Source: Piromyces finnis finn (taxonomy: Eukaryota; Fungi; Neocallimastigomycota). From it: 64,000 bases of DNA. Positions 1-17,132 of this stretch are shown here, one piece after another. The position numbers and the translations under genes are program-made. Every line of letters begins with the position of its first letter. The first letter of the stretch is position 1. The stretch lies in the NCBI GenBank assembly GCA_002104945.1, contig MCFH01000033.1:530715-594714 (forward strand), in the 5' to 3' direction. The notes beneath the pieces were generated by a model, which was not told the DNA's origin, ran no database searches, and worked only from the letters and a program-made list of their open reading frames with translations.

Positions 1-118
1 AAAGATATTATAAATAAATGATAAAAGCAAATTATTTAATATAATATATTTTAAATATTTTAATGACAACGATATATAATTTATAATATAATATATTATA
101 CTTTTGATGATAACAAAG

Positions 119-1090
119 ATCGCAAGAAATTGGAATTGGTTTTTGTGGATTTTTAGATAATACAAGTAAAACTGATATTATGCCAGGTAAATTTCAAGGT
201 TTTTTTTTTTTTTTTTTGAATATGCTATAAAATAATGGTAGTTCATTTATATTAATAAAATATATATAATAAAAGGTTGGAAGATTAATTCATGGGGATA
301 TCATGGAGATAATGGAAATTCATATAATGAAAAAGGTTTTGGTACAGAATATGGACCAACTTATGGTGGTGGTGATATTATTGGTTGCGGATATAGTGCT
401 ATTAATAAATCGATTTTCTTTACAAAGAATGGTGAATTTTTAGGTAATATAAAATATATTATAATTATAACAATGCATATAATAATAAAATAAAATCATG
501 AATATAATATTTAATTTTTATCCCTTTTATTATATAGGATATATTCAAGGAACTGTCTGGAATAAACATTTAAAACTTTATCCAATGATTGGCATGAATG
601 AAGGAAAAATAAAAATTAATTTTGGTAATGAAAAATTTATGTATAATATTGAAGAAAACTATAGTGGTATGTTAATAAATTTATACAAACATACAATATA
701 TAATAATTATTTTAAATTTTAACAAACTAATGCTATTTATATATACATATATAATACTTATAATAATAATATTTATTTTAATATTTACATAAATATTAAT
801 AATAACAATAAAAAATAAAATAACAATTTCATATTATAGAATTATTAAAACCTTTTAATAAGAAAAAGGTAGATGAAAATGAAGAACAGGCTGATAATAT
901 AGGAAATGATAGTTCTGAAGAAGATGCAGAAGATAATAATGATAATGATAATGATTCAAATGATGAAGTAAATGAAAATTTTGAGAATGATAATGATAGT
1001 GATGAATATCTTTATGATGAAAGTAGTGAAGAGAATAGTATGTATGATTCAAGTATAAGTGAAATGAGTTCATTAGTGATATCCCAATAA
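119..1090 (+). CDS. SPRY-domain protein (RanBP9/10-like SPRY), 5' part outside window, acidic C-terminal tail
   Basis: Spliced exons ~119-187, ~276-444, ~538-667, ~840-1090 give EIGIGFCG..MPG|WKINSWGYHGDNG..YGPTYGGGDIIGCG..FFTKNGEFLG|..LYPMIGM..KINFG, the RanBPM-type SPRY signature. Stop TAA at 1088-1090. Confidence 0.85.
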
Positions 1091-3171
1091 TGTATACTTT
1101 TTTTTTCTCTCTATAAAAATAAATGCATCTATCATTTTTATTGTAATATATATTTTTTCATAAACAATATTTATATATTTTGGTGAAAAATAAATTAGTT
1201 TAAATATAATATAAACGTAACAATGAAATTACAATAAAGCACCATAAAAAAATATATATATTAATTTATAATATTTATTAAAAATTCTATTCTAATATAA
1301 TAAAATAACATAAATAATTATATATATTTCTAAAATTAAATATTTTGCTCGGTGAATAGAAGATTTAATTTTTTTTTTTAAAATTCTAAATTAATAATTC
1401 TATATATCAATAATAATTGTCATATAAATACAAAAACTATTTTAGTATCAGCATTGTAAAAATCGTATTTATAGTTGAAAGAGTAACATTATTTTAAAGT
1501 TTTTTTTTTTTTGTTGTCATTTTTTTTCGACAAACTTAAAAAATTCTAAAAAATATATATTATTATGAAGGTGTTGCTGTAATTTTACTTTTTTTAGATA
1601 TATTAAAAGTTAATCGGTATAGAATCAATATGACAGAATAATATGTAAATCATTTTTCTCTTTTTCATGTTTTTTTTATTTAAATTATTTATATTTCCAC
1701 TTTTAAATTATTTATAAAAATTATCATTTATTATATCGTAAACCTTTTTTTTTTCTTTTAATTATATTCCCTTCTTTTATATAATAAGGATTTTTGCTTT
1801 TTAGCATAAATGTTATTTATGCTTTTTTTTTAAAAAAAAACTCCAATCGTTTTTCCCTCTTTATTTTTTTTTTTTTAATTAACCTAGTCTAGCAGCCATA
1901 GCTTCGTAATATATTGTGGAATGAATAAAAAATCAATCCACTACATAAAAAATGGTATAAATTATATTAAAATATATTGGAATAATATATTTTAATATAT
2001 TTTATAATTTTAACATACAACTTTAATAATCTTAAATTTTAATTAATTTCATTAAAATAGATAAATTAATTAAAATTGATAAATTAATTTAGCTACATAT
2101 ATTACTATATATTGTAATATATGTCATAAAAATTGAAGTGAAGAGAATGCTACACTTTTTCATTTTAATTTTTTATAAAATATATTAAATAATATATTTT
2201 TTATAAATAAAGCAATATATTATATTATAATATCTTACTTCATTACTCATTCAATAAATCTATATAGAATAATGGAATAATACATACAAAAAAACTTTAT
2301 TATTAAAAATAAATATATAAATAAATATAAAATAAATAAACTAATATAAAATAAATAAATAAATATATAAATGAATTAATTCTGTTAAATTTGGTAGCAA
2401 TAAAATTTCTTTTTTCTATAGACTAAATTAATTTTTTTATGTCTACAAAAATATAAATCTTTACAACATAAATAAATTTTTTTATTACCTTTTAAAACCT
2501 TATACTTTATTTGTATTATTCTTTTTCTTCTTTTCTTTTAATTTTATTCCCTATTTTTCTATTTTATTTTTAGAACACACACCATAAACATATAAAAAAG
2601 AAACTTTCGATAATAATAATATATAATTAATTACTGAGCCATTCTATCATTTAAAGGAAAAAAGGATAAAAAGAATTTGAAAAAGAAAAGTTTTTATTTC
2701 TTTTCTTTTTTTAAATTTAGCTTTATTTCAAATTAAAATTCATAATAATGACTATCAATAATTCTATAACTTTTATAAATATTTGTGAAACATTTATAAT
2801 TAAAACTGTAATCCATAGAATAAATTATAATAATTATAATAATAATAGCTAATAACAATAACAATAATAGTAGAGAATAATAAATATTATAAAGAATATT
2901 AATAAATATTAATACTGTTAGTTTCAAAAGACAATAAAAATACTCTTTTAAAACTTTATTTTTTTTCCACTATTTATCTAAATAATTTAAATATAAGGAA
3001 GTTTTTTATAACTCATAAACATTATAAATTATCCTTTATTGTCGATTATATCGGTATTTAAAGGGAAAAAATAAAGTTTCAATAATAATTGTATTTAATG
3101 CCTTATTGAAAAATAAAGAAAATTAAATATAAATCTTTTAAACTTTTGTTAATAAACTAAATTAAAAGAAC

Positions 3172-6341
<3,170 letters not shown>

Positions 6342-7217
6342 ATGAAAAACTAATGTATAACAACAATAATTTATTTGTTATATATTTATTAAACTTATAA
6401 ATATTTATTTATTTCAATAATATATATAATTATCGTTATTATTGATATTTAACATTTTTTTTCCATATTTATATATATATCTTTCTAAGAGATATATTAG
6501 ACCAACACTTTATTTATTTGTTATATAATATATTTCTAATAATAATTATATCGTTTTTTATTTTATTTTATATATAGTCAATTAATATTATTATTATTTT
6601 TTTTTTAATTATTAAGAATAATAAAAAAAATCTAGATGTAAATAACATAATTTTTAATAATTTCTTAGTTACTCTTTTTCAGATTTTATTTCTTTTTTAT
6701 TTATATCCAACTTAAAAATTTAAACATAATTTAGTATTGATCTTTAATATTTATATAAATGAATATGTTATTTATTTTTAATTGAAATTAATTATTAATC
6801 ATATTATATATAATGAAACAAACAATAATGATGTTAAATATTAAAAGTAAACAAAAACAACAAAACAAAAAGCAAATATGAAAATAAGTTGTATTATTTT
6901 ATTTTATTGCTATTATTTAAATTTATATTTAAAGTGAATTTTTTTTTTTTTCTAATATATATATTTTTATATTTTATTCCATAATATTAAAGTTCAAAAA
7001 AAAAAAAAAAAAAAAAAAATTTACATTATAATTAATAAAACAAAAAATATTTTTATTATTATTTTTTTTTTCCAATTTCTTTTTTGTAAATATTAAATGG
7101 AAGAATTATTTTGAAATCAAAGTTAATTTAATTATATACAATATATAATATATATTTGTTTATGATATTTAGTGTTAAGCATTATACATAAAAGAAACTG
7201 TAATTTATTATATTTGG

Positions 7218-7252
<35 letters not shown>

Positions 7253-7383
7253 AAAAGTCATTGTAAATATACTTTTTTATAAAATAAATTTATTAGATTT
7301 CATTTGATTTTAATTTATTACATTTACAATTCATTCTTTTCTTTTCCTTTTCTTTTTTTAAAGCTAATTTTATTTAATTCAAA

Positions 7384-7881
7384 ATGAAAGCAGCATTAAG
7401 TACAATTGAAAAAAATAAGAAAATAAACAAAATATTTAAAATTGAACCAGCACCCCAATATATTAAAGACATTATAATAAATCGTCATTTAAAATATTTA
7501 AAAAGTCATCCAAAGAGAAAAAGAAAATTGGAAGCTAAAGTTAAAATCATAATGTATAATAAGCAAATAGCAAAACAAGAAGAAGAGATGAGATTAAAAA
7601 AATACATGAATATTGATATACCAGACGAAATTGACCCAGATATTAACAATGATGAAATATATTCTAAACAAGTTAAACAACTAGAAAGTTTAAATACTGA
7701 AGAAAACACTCTTCAACACTCTTTAACCATTAATAAGGATAAAATAGAAGAATTAGTCAAAACTATTGAGGATAATCAAAATAAGGAAATAGAATATAAT
7801 AAAAAGCAACAGGAAATTTTTCAGAAAATAGAAGAATTAAAAGCACGGAAAAGAAAGATGTTCGAAATGATGAAAAAATAA
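7384..7881 (+). CDS. Hypothetical coiled-coil, K/E-rich protein (165 aa)
   Basis: Uninterrupted ATG-TAA ORF with coding-like composition in a very AT-rich background; no motif recognised. Confidence 0.6.
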   Translation: MKAALSTIEKNKKINKIFKIEPAPQYIKDIIINRHLKYLKSHPKRKRKLEAKVKIIMYNKQIAKQEEEMRLKKYMNIDIPDEIDPDINNDEIYSKQVKQLESLNTEENTLQHSLTINKDKIEELVKTIEDNQNKEIEYNKKQQEIFQKIEELKARKRKMFEMMKK

Positions 7882-8680
7882 AAATAGAATCTGATAATCA
7901 TTTATAGAAGTGTGAAAATAATGCTAAAACGAAATCAATTCATTATAATATAACAAAGAAAGATAAAAAATTCAGCTTAATAGAAAAATTGATGTAAATT
8001 TTAAAAAATTATGAAATATGTTATATATATTAATATGTTATTAGTTTCAAAATTATAAATATATTATACCGTTATCAAGTTTATTCTTTTTAAAAATATA
8101 TATAAAGATTATAAATAAAAGATACCATATAAACTAATAATCTAATATTTATTTGTATTATACTTAGCTTAAATTTGTATTTTATTATTATTTAAATTAA
8201 TAATATGATTTATTTAAAATTAAAAAAAAAAAAAAAAAAAAAAAAACAATTATCTATATGTAATATGTAATAATTTAAATTCAGTTTTTTTTATTTCTAT
8301 TTGAAATGAAAATAGTTATATATAATATTTTTATTAAATTTCTTTTAAGCTGTTAGATATATAAATATCACAATAATAATATGGTATAAACTATAAGTTC
8401 TGTGTTAAAATTTATTTAAATAAAAATAATAATCCTTTTTTTTTTTTTTTTTTTTACTTTTTTATTTATTATTTTTACTTTTAATTTAATAAACAGTTCT
8501 GCGTTTATATTGATATGTATCTAGTTATTATTATTGACTAAATATATATCAATTAACAAGAAAAAGGGCTAAAAAAAAAAAAGAAATATAAATTTAAAGT
8601 TTTTATTATATGAAAGTTATTAAAATTGTTATGCTATAATAAAATAAATATTTTTATTCATTTCTAATACTTGTTTAAGC

Positions 8681-8715
<35 letters not shown>

Positions 8716-8759
8716 CTTTACTAAAATACATTTCACCTGTTGTTAGAATTATATAAACC

Positions 8760-8761
8760 AA

Positions 8762-8852
<91 letters not shown>
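8760..8852. repeat. (AAAT)n microsatellite
   Basis: ~23 perfect AAAT units. Confidence 0.95.
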
Positions 8853-9693
8853 AAAAGTACAAAATTAAAAGGATATTAAAATTTTATTAAAGTAAAAGGA
8901 ATAAACGGAATATTAAGAAAACCAAGAAGACCATTAAAAATGGTTTATTTAATATACAAATGATTAATTGAATGATTATTTGGATATATACGGTAAAGAT
9001 TAAGAAAATGGAATTAATAAATTGAATGGAATTAATATCATATAATTCTTTTATATATATTTAAATCCAACAATAAGAAATGTTCTAGATAACTAGGTGG
9101 TAATTCTTTTGAAATTTATTTATTATAGCCTTTAATAAAAAATCATTTTCTATTTTTATTTTATAATTTAAAGTGTCTAACTAAAATTATACTATGAGTA
9201 TTTTTTGGTTCTTATTGATAAAATCTTTTAATTCATTTATTAATTATTGCTTTATTGCTTTATATAGTAAATGAATTCTGTTATATTTTTTAAACCTTTG
9301 TCCTCTAAAAATTGTATCCAATCAATCCTTCATTTAAAATAAGCAATTGTGATGCTTATTAATTTACCGAAATTTTATTTATTTATTATTAATTATTTTT
9401 TTTTTTTAAAAAATTTATATTAATATTAATATAATTAAAATTGAAATTTCAAGTTCTTTTTGAAAAATTAAGATTTCAATATTTCAATGTAAATTGTATT
9501 TCTTTTTATTTTTTCCATTTTTATTTATTTAAATTTATTGTTAATAAAAATATAAGAGCAATCATTAAGATAATTTAAATATAAAAAAAATAAAAGATTG
9601 AAATATAATAATATTTTGTTCATATAGAGAATCAGGAAATCAAATTAGAAATTTAAATTTCAAGTTTTAATAATATATATCATGTTTTAAAAA

Positions 9694-12051
9694 ATGGAAT
9701 TAGAAGGTATATATTTTTGTCTCATATTATTTCTTATAGAAAAATAACTAATATTTTTATTATTCATGTATTGTGTATATGTTATATCAAAAAAAAAAAA
9801 AAAAAAAATTTATTGTAAAGCCTTTTTAAAAAATACAGATAAAAATTATAAAGAGAACAACTATTTTAAAAGAGAAAAAATCTTAAATCAGAGTGTCAAA
9901 GTTAATGATGATATTAATAAACAAAAAGAACGTAAGACGGGTTCACTTATAAATTTAATGGATAATTATGATCATGACAAAGTTAATGATGATGATGATG
10001 ATTTTTTAATGAGTATAGAAGATTTTTTTAAGGAGCAATTAAAATCATCTTATAAAAATAAACCTTTGGCCAATTCAATAGAATCAAAGGAAACATCTAG
10101 TAATAGCAATAAAGGTAGTTATATTATAATTAATGTTAATATTCAATTTTTTATTTTTTTTTATTTAATATTTAATCTTTTAAAAAGGTATAAATTAATT
10201 ATAGAAATATTAAATTAATATAATTATTTTTATTTTTAAATAATTATAATTATAATTTATAATTTAGTTATTTTAAAACCATTTTTTCCAAGAAAACAAG
10301 ACACAAATATTTTAAATATTTTAACTCATAAGCAAAAAAATAATACAAATAATATAAATATACATGACAGCAATTCCATTATTAAATATACAGAAACAGT
10401 AAATGAAAAAGTAAATAAAATTTCAGGAAAAAATAAAAGTAGCAATAAAGCTGAAAATGTAAATATAAAAAAGAAGAATTTTGACATATTGAAAGATTTT
10501 AAAGGAGATAATAAATTAGATATAAGTAAGAATTTAATAGTTACTAAAATACCATCATCACCAATTTTATTATCACCTAAAAATAAAAAAGATAATTTTG
10601 TAATAAGTTTAGATGATGATGAGAAAAACAAAGATAATAAAGTAACATCCAATTTTAGATTAGAAAAGTTTAAAAACAATACAAAATCGAATATTCCAAA
10701 AAGCCCAATTCCTCTAAATCAAGAAAAGGAAAACTTGAAAAATTTATTTAAAGAAGAGAGTGATAAAGAAAATAATGATGATATACTACTAATTCCCTTT
10801 AAAAAGAAAAAGAATGTTATATGTATTAGTGATGATGATGATGATGATGATGACAATAGTGAAGACAGTGAAAAATTAAATCATAGTACCAATAGAAAAT
10901 ATAGGAATAGAGTCATAAATTCAAATGAAGAAATTGAAGAAGATGATAGAGGTTCTGATAATGAATTATTTTCTAGTGAAGATGATTATGATTTTGAAAA
11001 AGAATATGACTACGAGTCAATATCAAGTGATGATACATATCATCCAGATTCAGAAGGTTCATGTGAAGAATTATTTGAAGATGAAGGAATTGAAGAAAGC
11101 ATCACTCATCAAGATGAAATAAAGAATGATATTTTTGAAATAAAACATCATCATCCATCTAATATTAATTCATCTTTAGAATCACAGAAACCAATTAATA
11201 ATTATAATCTATATGCAAATAAAGAAAATATATCCACTTTACACTATTCATCGAACACCAAAACAACTCAAAAATCTAGTGATAACATTTTGAATTGGTT
11301 TTCATCAAAATCAAATTCAGTTTCTCATAATAAAAAAGATAATAATCCTATCCATTCATCTATTTCCCTTAATGAAGTAACTATCAATATTAATAAATTT
11401 TCAAATAATACATCTATTAATTCTCCAAAATCAATAGTAAGTATAATGTATAACCAAGAAAAATATATATTTTATTTAAACTACTATAGAAAAGTTAATT
11501 TAACACATAAATTTTATTTAATAACATTCTAGAACTCGATACCCCAAAATAAAAAAGATTTAACGAAAATATCTGATTTAAATACTTTTGATCCTTTTTC
11601 ATTACCGAAACAATCATCAAATACTGGCCTTAATCCCGATTTTGAAGAATTCTTAAAAAGAAGAGGTCTTACTGAACGTTATTTTGGAAAAGAAAAAAGC
11701 TCTGTAAAAAGAAAAAGCAAATCATCGTTAAATACCAATAGATCTAGATTTTCATCTAATAGAAGCTCTACTATATCAAATACTACAACATCAAAATATA
11801 ATAAAAATTATAAAAATAATTTTTATAAACGTTCCTATTATGGTCGGCGTAAACTTGGTTCGAAAAAAACCGGTGTTATTAAGAAAATGAGAACTAAATA
11901 TCAAACTAACAATGACAAGACAACCACTAATTCTTCTAATAATTCATCAATGAAATATGAATTATATAATCATTATAATGATACCCCTGATTTTGGTGAT
12001 TTTGCTAGAAGTGGAATGGGTTGGGAAGGTTTAGGCCATTCATATTTTTAA
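9694..12051 (+). CDS. Hypothetical low-complexity (D/E, K, N, S-rich) protein, 4 predicted exons
   Basis: Exons ~9694-9706, 9821-10114, ~10268-11437, ~11534-12051 with GT-AG borders. Ends ...DFGDFARSGMGWEGLGHSYF* (TAA 12049-12051). Includes track ORFs 9766 and 10489. Confidence 0.65.
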
Positions 12052-13783
12052 GATTTTTCATTTAATTATCTTCTTTCACCATATATTTTATACATTTTGA
12101 ACTTTTTTTTATTGCTTTTTCTGTAAATTTTTAATATTTTATTGTAATGAGTTATTATTACAAAAAAGATTTATAGTTCAATAAATCTTGAATATGCAAA
12201 TTATAATTTTTATAAATGTTAAGAAAGGTTTAAAATAAAAAACAATGTATTATATCATATATTAATACATTAATAAATAAATTAAAATTCCATTATATCA
12301 ATATATTAATTATATATTACTATATTCTATAATATATGTAATATCAATAGAATTTAATTTCATCTCATCGAAAATTAAAAAATGGAAATCAATGCATAGT
12401 TGAATAAATTATTATTAAAATAAATGAATATAAATTAATAATACTAACTTTTGTATTATTATATAATAACCCTAAAATTTAATATAAATATTAAAAAAAG
12501 TAATTTAAACAAAATTAAATTTTAATTATTATAAAAATAAAAAAAATAACAAAAACAGTAAAAAAAAAAAATAAAAAAAAATTTTTTTTTAATCAAAAAT
12601 AATGCCGAAAAAATTAAAATAATAATAATAATATAAATAGTAATAATAATAAAAAATAATAAAAAAGAACTTTTCTTTATAAAAGTTATTCATTTTAATA
12701 TGTATAATTGAAATCCTAAAAATAAATATATATTTTATTAATATTGAAAATATTTTAACTGTTTTTATATATATCTTTAATAAATAATATTTATTTGATA
12801 TAATTTTTTATATGTTATAAAATCATAGAAATACAAAGAAAAAGAAAATCATTTTTATTAAAACCAATACAAAAAGAAAAATTTACCATTAAATTGATAT
12901 ATATATATTGCTTAAAAAAATTATATATATATTGACTTTATAAACTTATATAGGAGATTCAAAACAATAATATCAAGAAATGTTTTCTAATTCCCATATA
13001 CATATAAATAGATATTGAAAAAACTTCAAAATATAAAATTTAAAAGAAGATATTTCTTTAGTAAAAAAAATTCAAGTTTACTAAATAAATTAAAGAAAAG
13101 AAAGAAAAAACAATACTATATTTTTATTTATATTATTATAATTCAATTAGTTATTATGAAATAGTGTCTTTTATTTTAATTTTAATAAAAATAATTACTA
13201 TTCAAGATTAACAATTTTGAGTTTCGAGTCATTTCAATTAAAGAATATTAACATAATTCAGAAATTTTCTAATTATACCTTTATTTTTCACAAAAAAAAT
13301 AATAACGAAAAAGAAAAAAAAAAAAAGAAAAAAAAATATAGAAAGATAAACAGATGTTGAAATATATTATTAAATCAATACAAAGTTTAATTGATTTTTA
13401 ATAGAAGCAAAAATTAATATATTCTTCAAAATAAACTTATTTTCTGTTCACTATTCTATAGTGATAATATTTTATTAGAATAGTATTATTAAATTAATAA
13501 AAGATAAAATAAAATATTTTTTATAGTTTATCTTTTATATTAGTAATTTATTTTTATTTTTTTTTTATCTAATTTAATATAATATATATTTATTTTTTAT
13601 AGAAATAAATATTATATACCATACAATATAAAAGATAAATTAATTCATTTTTATTAATGATAATCAATATTTAAATAACCTCACTTCTTTTCCAGGAAAT
13701 AAAAAATTTTGATATTGGGATTAAAATAAAAAAAAAAAGTATAAACAAAATTTATATCAAATAATATATAACATTTATATATA

Positions 13784-13903
13784 ATGATAAATGCCATTTT
13801 AGTTTTCATATCAATAATATTATCTATTATATTGGTAATACTATTATTATATATTAGACATTTAAAGAGAGATAATATAGGTAATAATTGTAGAAATGAA
13901 ATA

Positions 13904-13964
<61 letters not shown>

Positions 13965-15949
13965 TTAATTTATTTGAGAAGTAAATATTATCAAAAACTT
14001 AAAGTTTTTTTTTCTGATTTAGCTAATAATATCATTTTATTAATTTAAAATTTATTAGTAGATGATGAAAGAGAACCTTTAATAGACAAATACAACAGTG
14101 TGTCAATAAGTGAAGACTTTTTTTCACGGATTGTTTCAAAAATCCCAAGAATCCAAAAAACAAGAGAAATAACAAATAATTTTAATTCAGGTGAACAAAT
14201 AGAAGATACCTTCTCAATTCTAAATAAAATTGATAAAGAAGAATTATTAATTGCCAATCAACTTAGTCAATATTGTCAATCTTTTAATGAACAACGAAGA
14301 ATAGATACAGGATTAAGTAATGGAAATATAAATAAAGCATCTATAAATCTATATACAGAACTGAATCGCCATGAACCAATTGATTTAGATCAAATTCAAT
14401 CTAATATACTATCAAAAAGTTATAGTAAATCTGTTCCCAATAATAATACATTAGATATATTGAAATTTAAGCTCTATCATCAAGAATTAGAAAAAAAGAA
14501 AAAAGATAAATCAGTATATATTAATTTATTAAATCAATATAATTCTACAACAGATAATGGTAATCTCGGTCAGTATATTGTTAGTGATTCATCTAAATAT
14601 GAAATTTTGTCAAATCCTTCTTATTCAGTTTCGATTGATGAAGAGAAAGATGAAAACCAAAATATTCATAATCAAGAAATATTAAATGATAAAAGAGCAC
14701 CTTCTTCATTAATGTACTCTAATAAACCTCCATTATATTTATCATCAATAAGGCATAACCCTAATAATAAAAATGAGTATAACAATAATAATGAAATACA
14801 TATTAATACAACATTAACAAAAGATAGTTCAATTATTAATAATTCAAATAAAATTAATAAAGAAAACTATAATACCCCTGTTAATGATAGTAATAGCAAC
14901 TATAATGATACTTATCATAACCATATAGTGGATAATGAAAGTTTAAAAAGTCCGATTTCAAATGATAATTATGAAATTACTTCTTTATCTAGTCCATCTG
15001 GTATTCTATCATCTCCACAGGCAACAAAATTATTTAATGATATATCTTCATTAAGTATCATCATACCAAAAACTGTCGATGATAGTATAATGTTTGATAA
15101 TAACCAGGAACAAATATTAAATCAGAAGCATCAACATCAATTGTATCATAGTTTTGACCATTCTTTTGATTTAGATAATAAATCACCTATAACACCTATT
15201 ACTCCATTAAATCCTTTAACTGCACTTCCTCAATTCAATGAAGGTGATAATAACAATAGTAATGCTACTCAGCCAAATCAAAGTTTTATCGATCTATCTA
15301 TTAATAATAATATATCTAATGTGATAGAGGAAACAGAAATGTATGAAAATGATGATTATAGTATCAATTATAATCACAACCATAGTATGATTAGTAATCG
15401 CAGAAGGTCAAGCGATTACTTTAATAAACGCCGATCAAAGAGTTTAAATACTTCTTCTTATATATCAAAAAATATTGTTCCATCATCTTTATTCGCAAGC
15501 TCATTGCCACCTATTGATCGTCCAAAGCGTGTTCAGTCGCTTAAACGTAAACTTTCAGATGTATTAGAAAAAAAAACAATGGCAAAAGCTCAAGATTATA
15601 TTGCTCTTTCTCAACGGTCATTTCCAGTTCGTGCAAATTTTGTTCCAGATGATAAATATGATGATGAAATTCAATTAAATATTGGGGATTTAGTTATCAT
15701 AAAAGATGTTTACCTTGATTCATGGGCAAATGGTAGCTTTTTTTTTTTTTTTTTTTTTGTATTTTAAATTATATAAGAAAGATGTTTATCAGTATATTAA
15801 ATTAATAATTATTTTAAATTTATAAATTTATAGGAATCAATATTATGACCAATTCATCAGGTGTTTTTCCATTATGCTATTTAAATACTGATGAACCACA
15901 AGCTAAAGCTAAAACAAAACGTTTTAACAAAATTGTAAATGACAATTAA
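13784..15949 (+). CDS. Single-pass membrane protein with C-terminal SH3 domain
   Basis: Exon 1 hydrophobic MINAILVFISIILSIILVILLLYIR. Exon 2 ~14059-15733, exon 3 ~15835-15949. The splice joins ANFVPDDKYDDEIQLNIGDLVIIKDVYLDSWANG|INIMTNSSGVFPLCYL, a canonical SH3 (W and GxFP motifs). Confidence 0.85.
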
Positions 15950-16760
15950 ATAGAATTAAGAAATGATGAAAAATATATACAATATACGTATATAGGCACT
16001 AGTTTACTAGTTAATATAATAATATTTTTGACACAATAAACAAATTTATTCATAATAAACCAAGTTTTATATGTATTAATGTATAAAACAATTCAATATG
16101 AAAAAAAAAAAAAAAAAGTATATAAAACAAATAAAATAATTTTCAATCAAATTTTTAGCAATAATAAATAAATATAAAATTTTGAATTATAAAAGAATTT
16201 AATTACATAATTAATTATTAACATTATTATTTTTAAAGAAATTAGAATATCAAAAAGAAATATAGTTTAGTGAGGAACAGATGTATGAAGTAGTTTAATC
16301 ATTTATAAATCAACTAATTATATAGATTATTGATTATTTAAATTTTTGGAATGATTTTTTCTTTATGTCTCATTTATATATATTTTGATGTGTATTATTA
16401 ATTTTGAAAAGATTGTCTTTTAAATGGTTAATAATAATTAAATTAATTTACTAATAAAGTTAATTTTTTATATTTTTTCTTTTTCTTTTTTCTTTTTTTT
16501 TAACAAAAAATCATTTCAGCAGTACCAATAATAAAAACTTAAAAAAAAAAGTAAATAATAAAGACAATATATATATATATATATATTTTTTTTTTTATGA
16601 ATTTGTAAAAAAGTAATAAAATTTATTTATACAAGTTGATTTATAACTCATTAATAAATATAATACTATTTTTATATAATAATTTTAATTGAAAGTTAAT
16701 ACCTTACAATATTTTAAATGTTTTTAAATGAAAATTAATATAAGTTACATTTTAATTTAA

Positions 16761-16940
16761 TTGTGCTTTTAATGAAAAGTATAATGTATATTAGAAATTA
16801 CATAAATAATTATATAGTAGAAATTTTACTAAAAATTACTTATTAATATTGTGCTTTTAATGAAAAAAATATTGTATATTAGAAATTATATAAATAATTA
16901 TATAGTAGAAATTTTACTAAAATTTACTTATTAATATTGT
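16761..16940. repeat. 88-bp tandem direct repeat (2 units plus a partial)
   Basis: TTGTGCTTTTAATGAAAA...TATATAGTAGAAATTTTACTAAAA... begins at 16761 and again at 16849. Confidence 0.85.
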
Positions 16941-17004
16941 ATAAATTTATATAGTAGAAAGCAAAGAACCAAATTAAAAAAAAAAAAAAATAAATAAACA
17001 ACAC

Positions 17005-17040
<36 letters not shown>

Positions 17041-17132
17041 CAAAAAAAAAAAAAAATAAAAATAAAGAAACAATATAAAAACCAAAACAAGGACAATATA
17101 TAATAAATATCTGTGATAAAAACAAAATATAA

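Noticed and set aside
1560-2930. Possible small spliced minus-strand gene upstream of BDP1 (GC-richer patches at ~1880-1960, 2120-2150, 2580-2660)
   Set aside because: Could not build a consistent exon chain or recognise a product; needs RNA-seq.
8890-9360. Possible small exons on the minus strand
   Set aside because: Ambiguous frames with no start/stop model.
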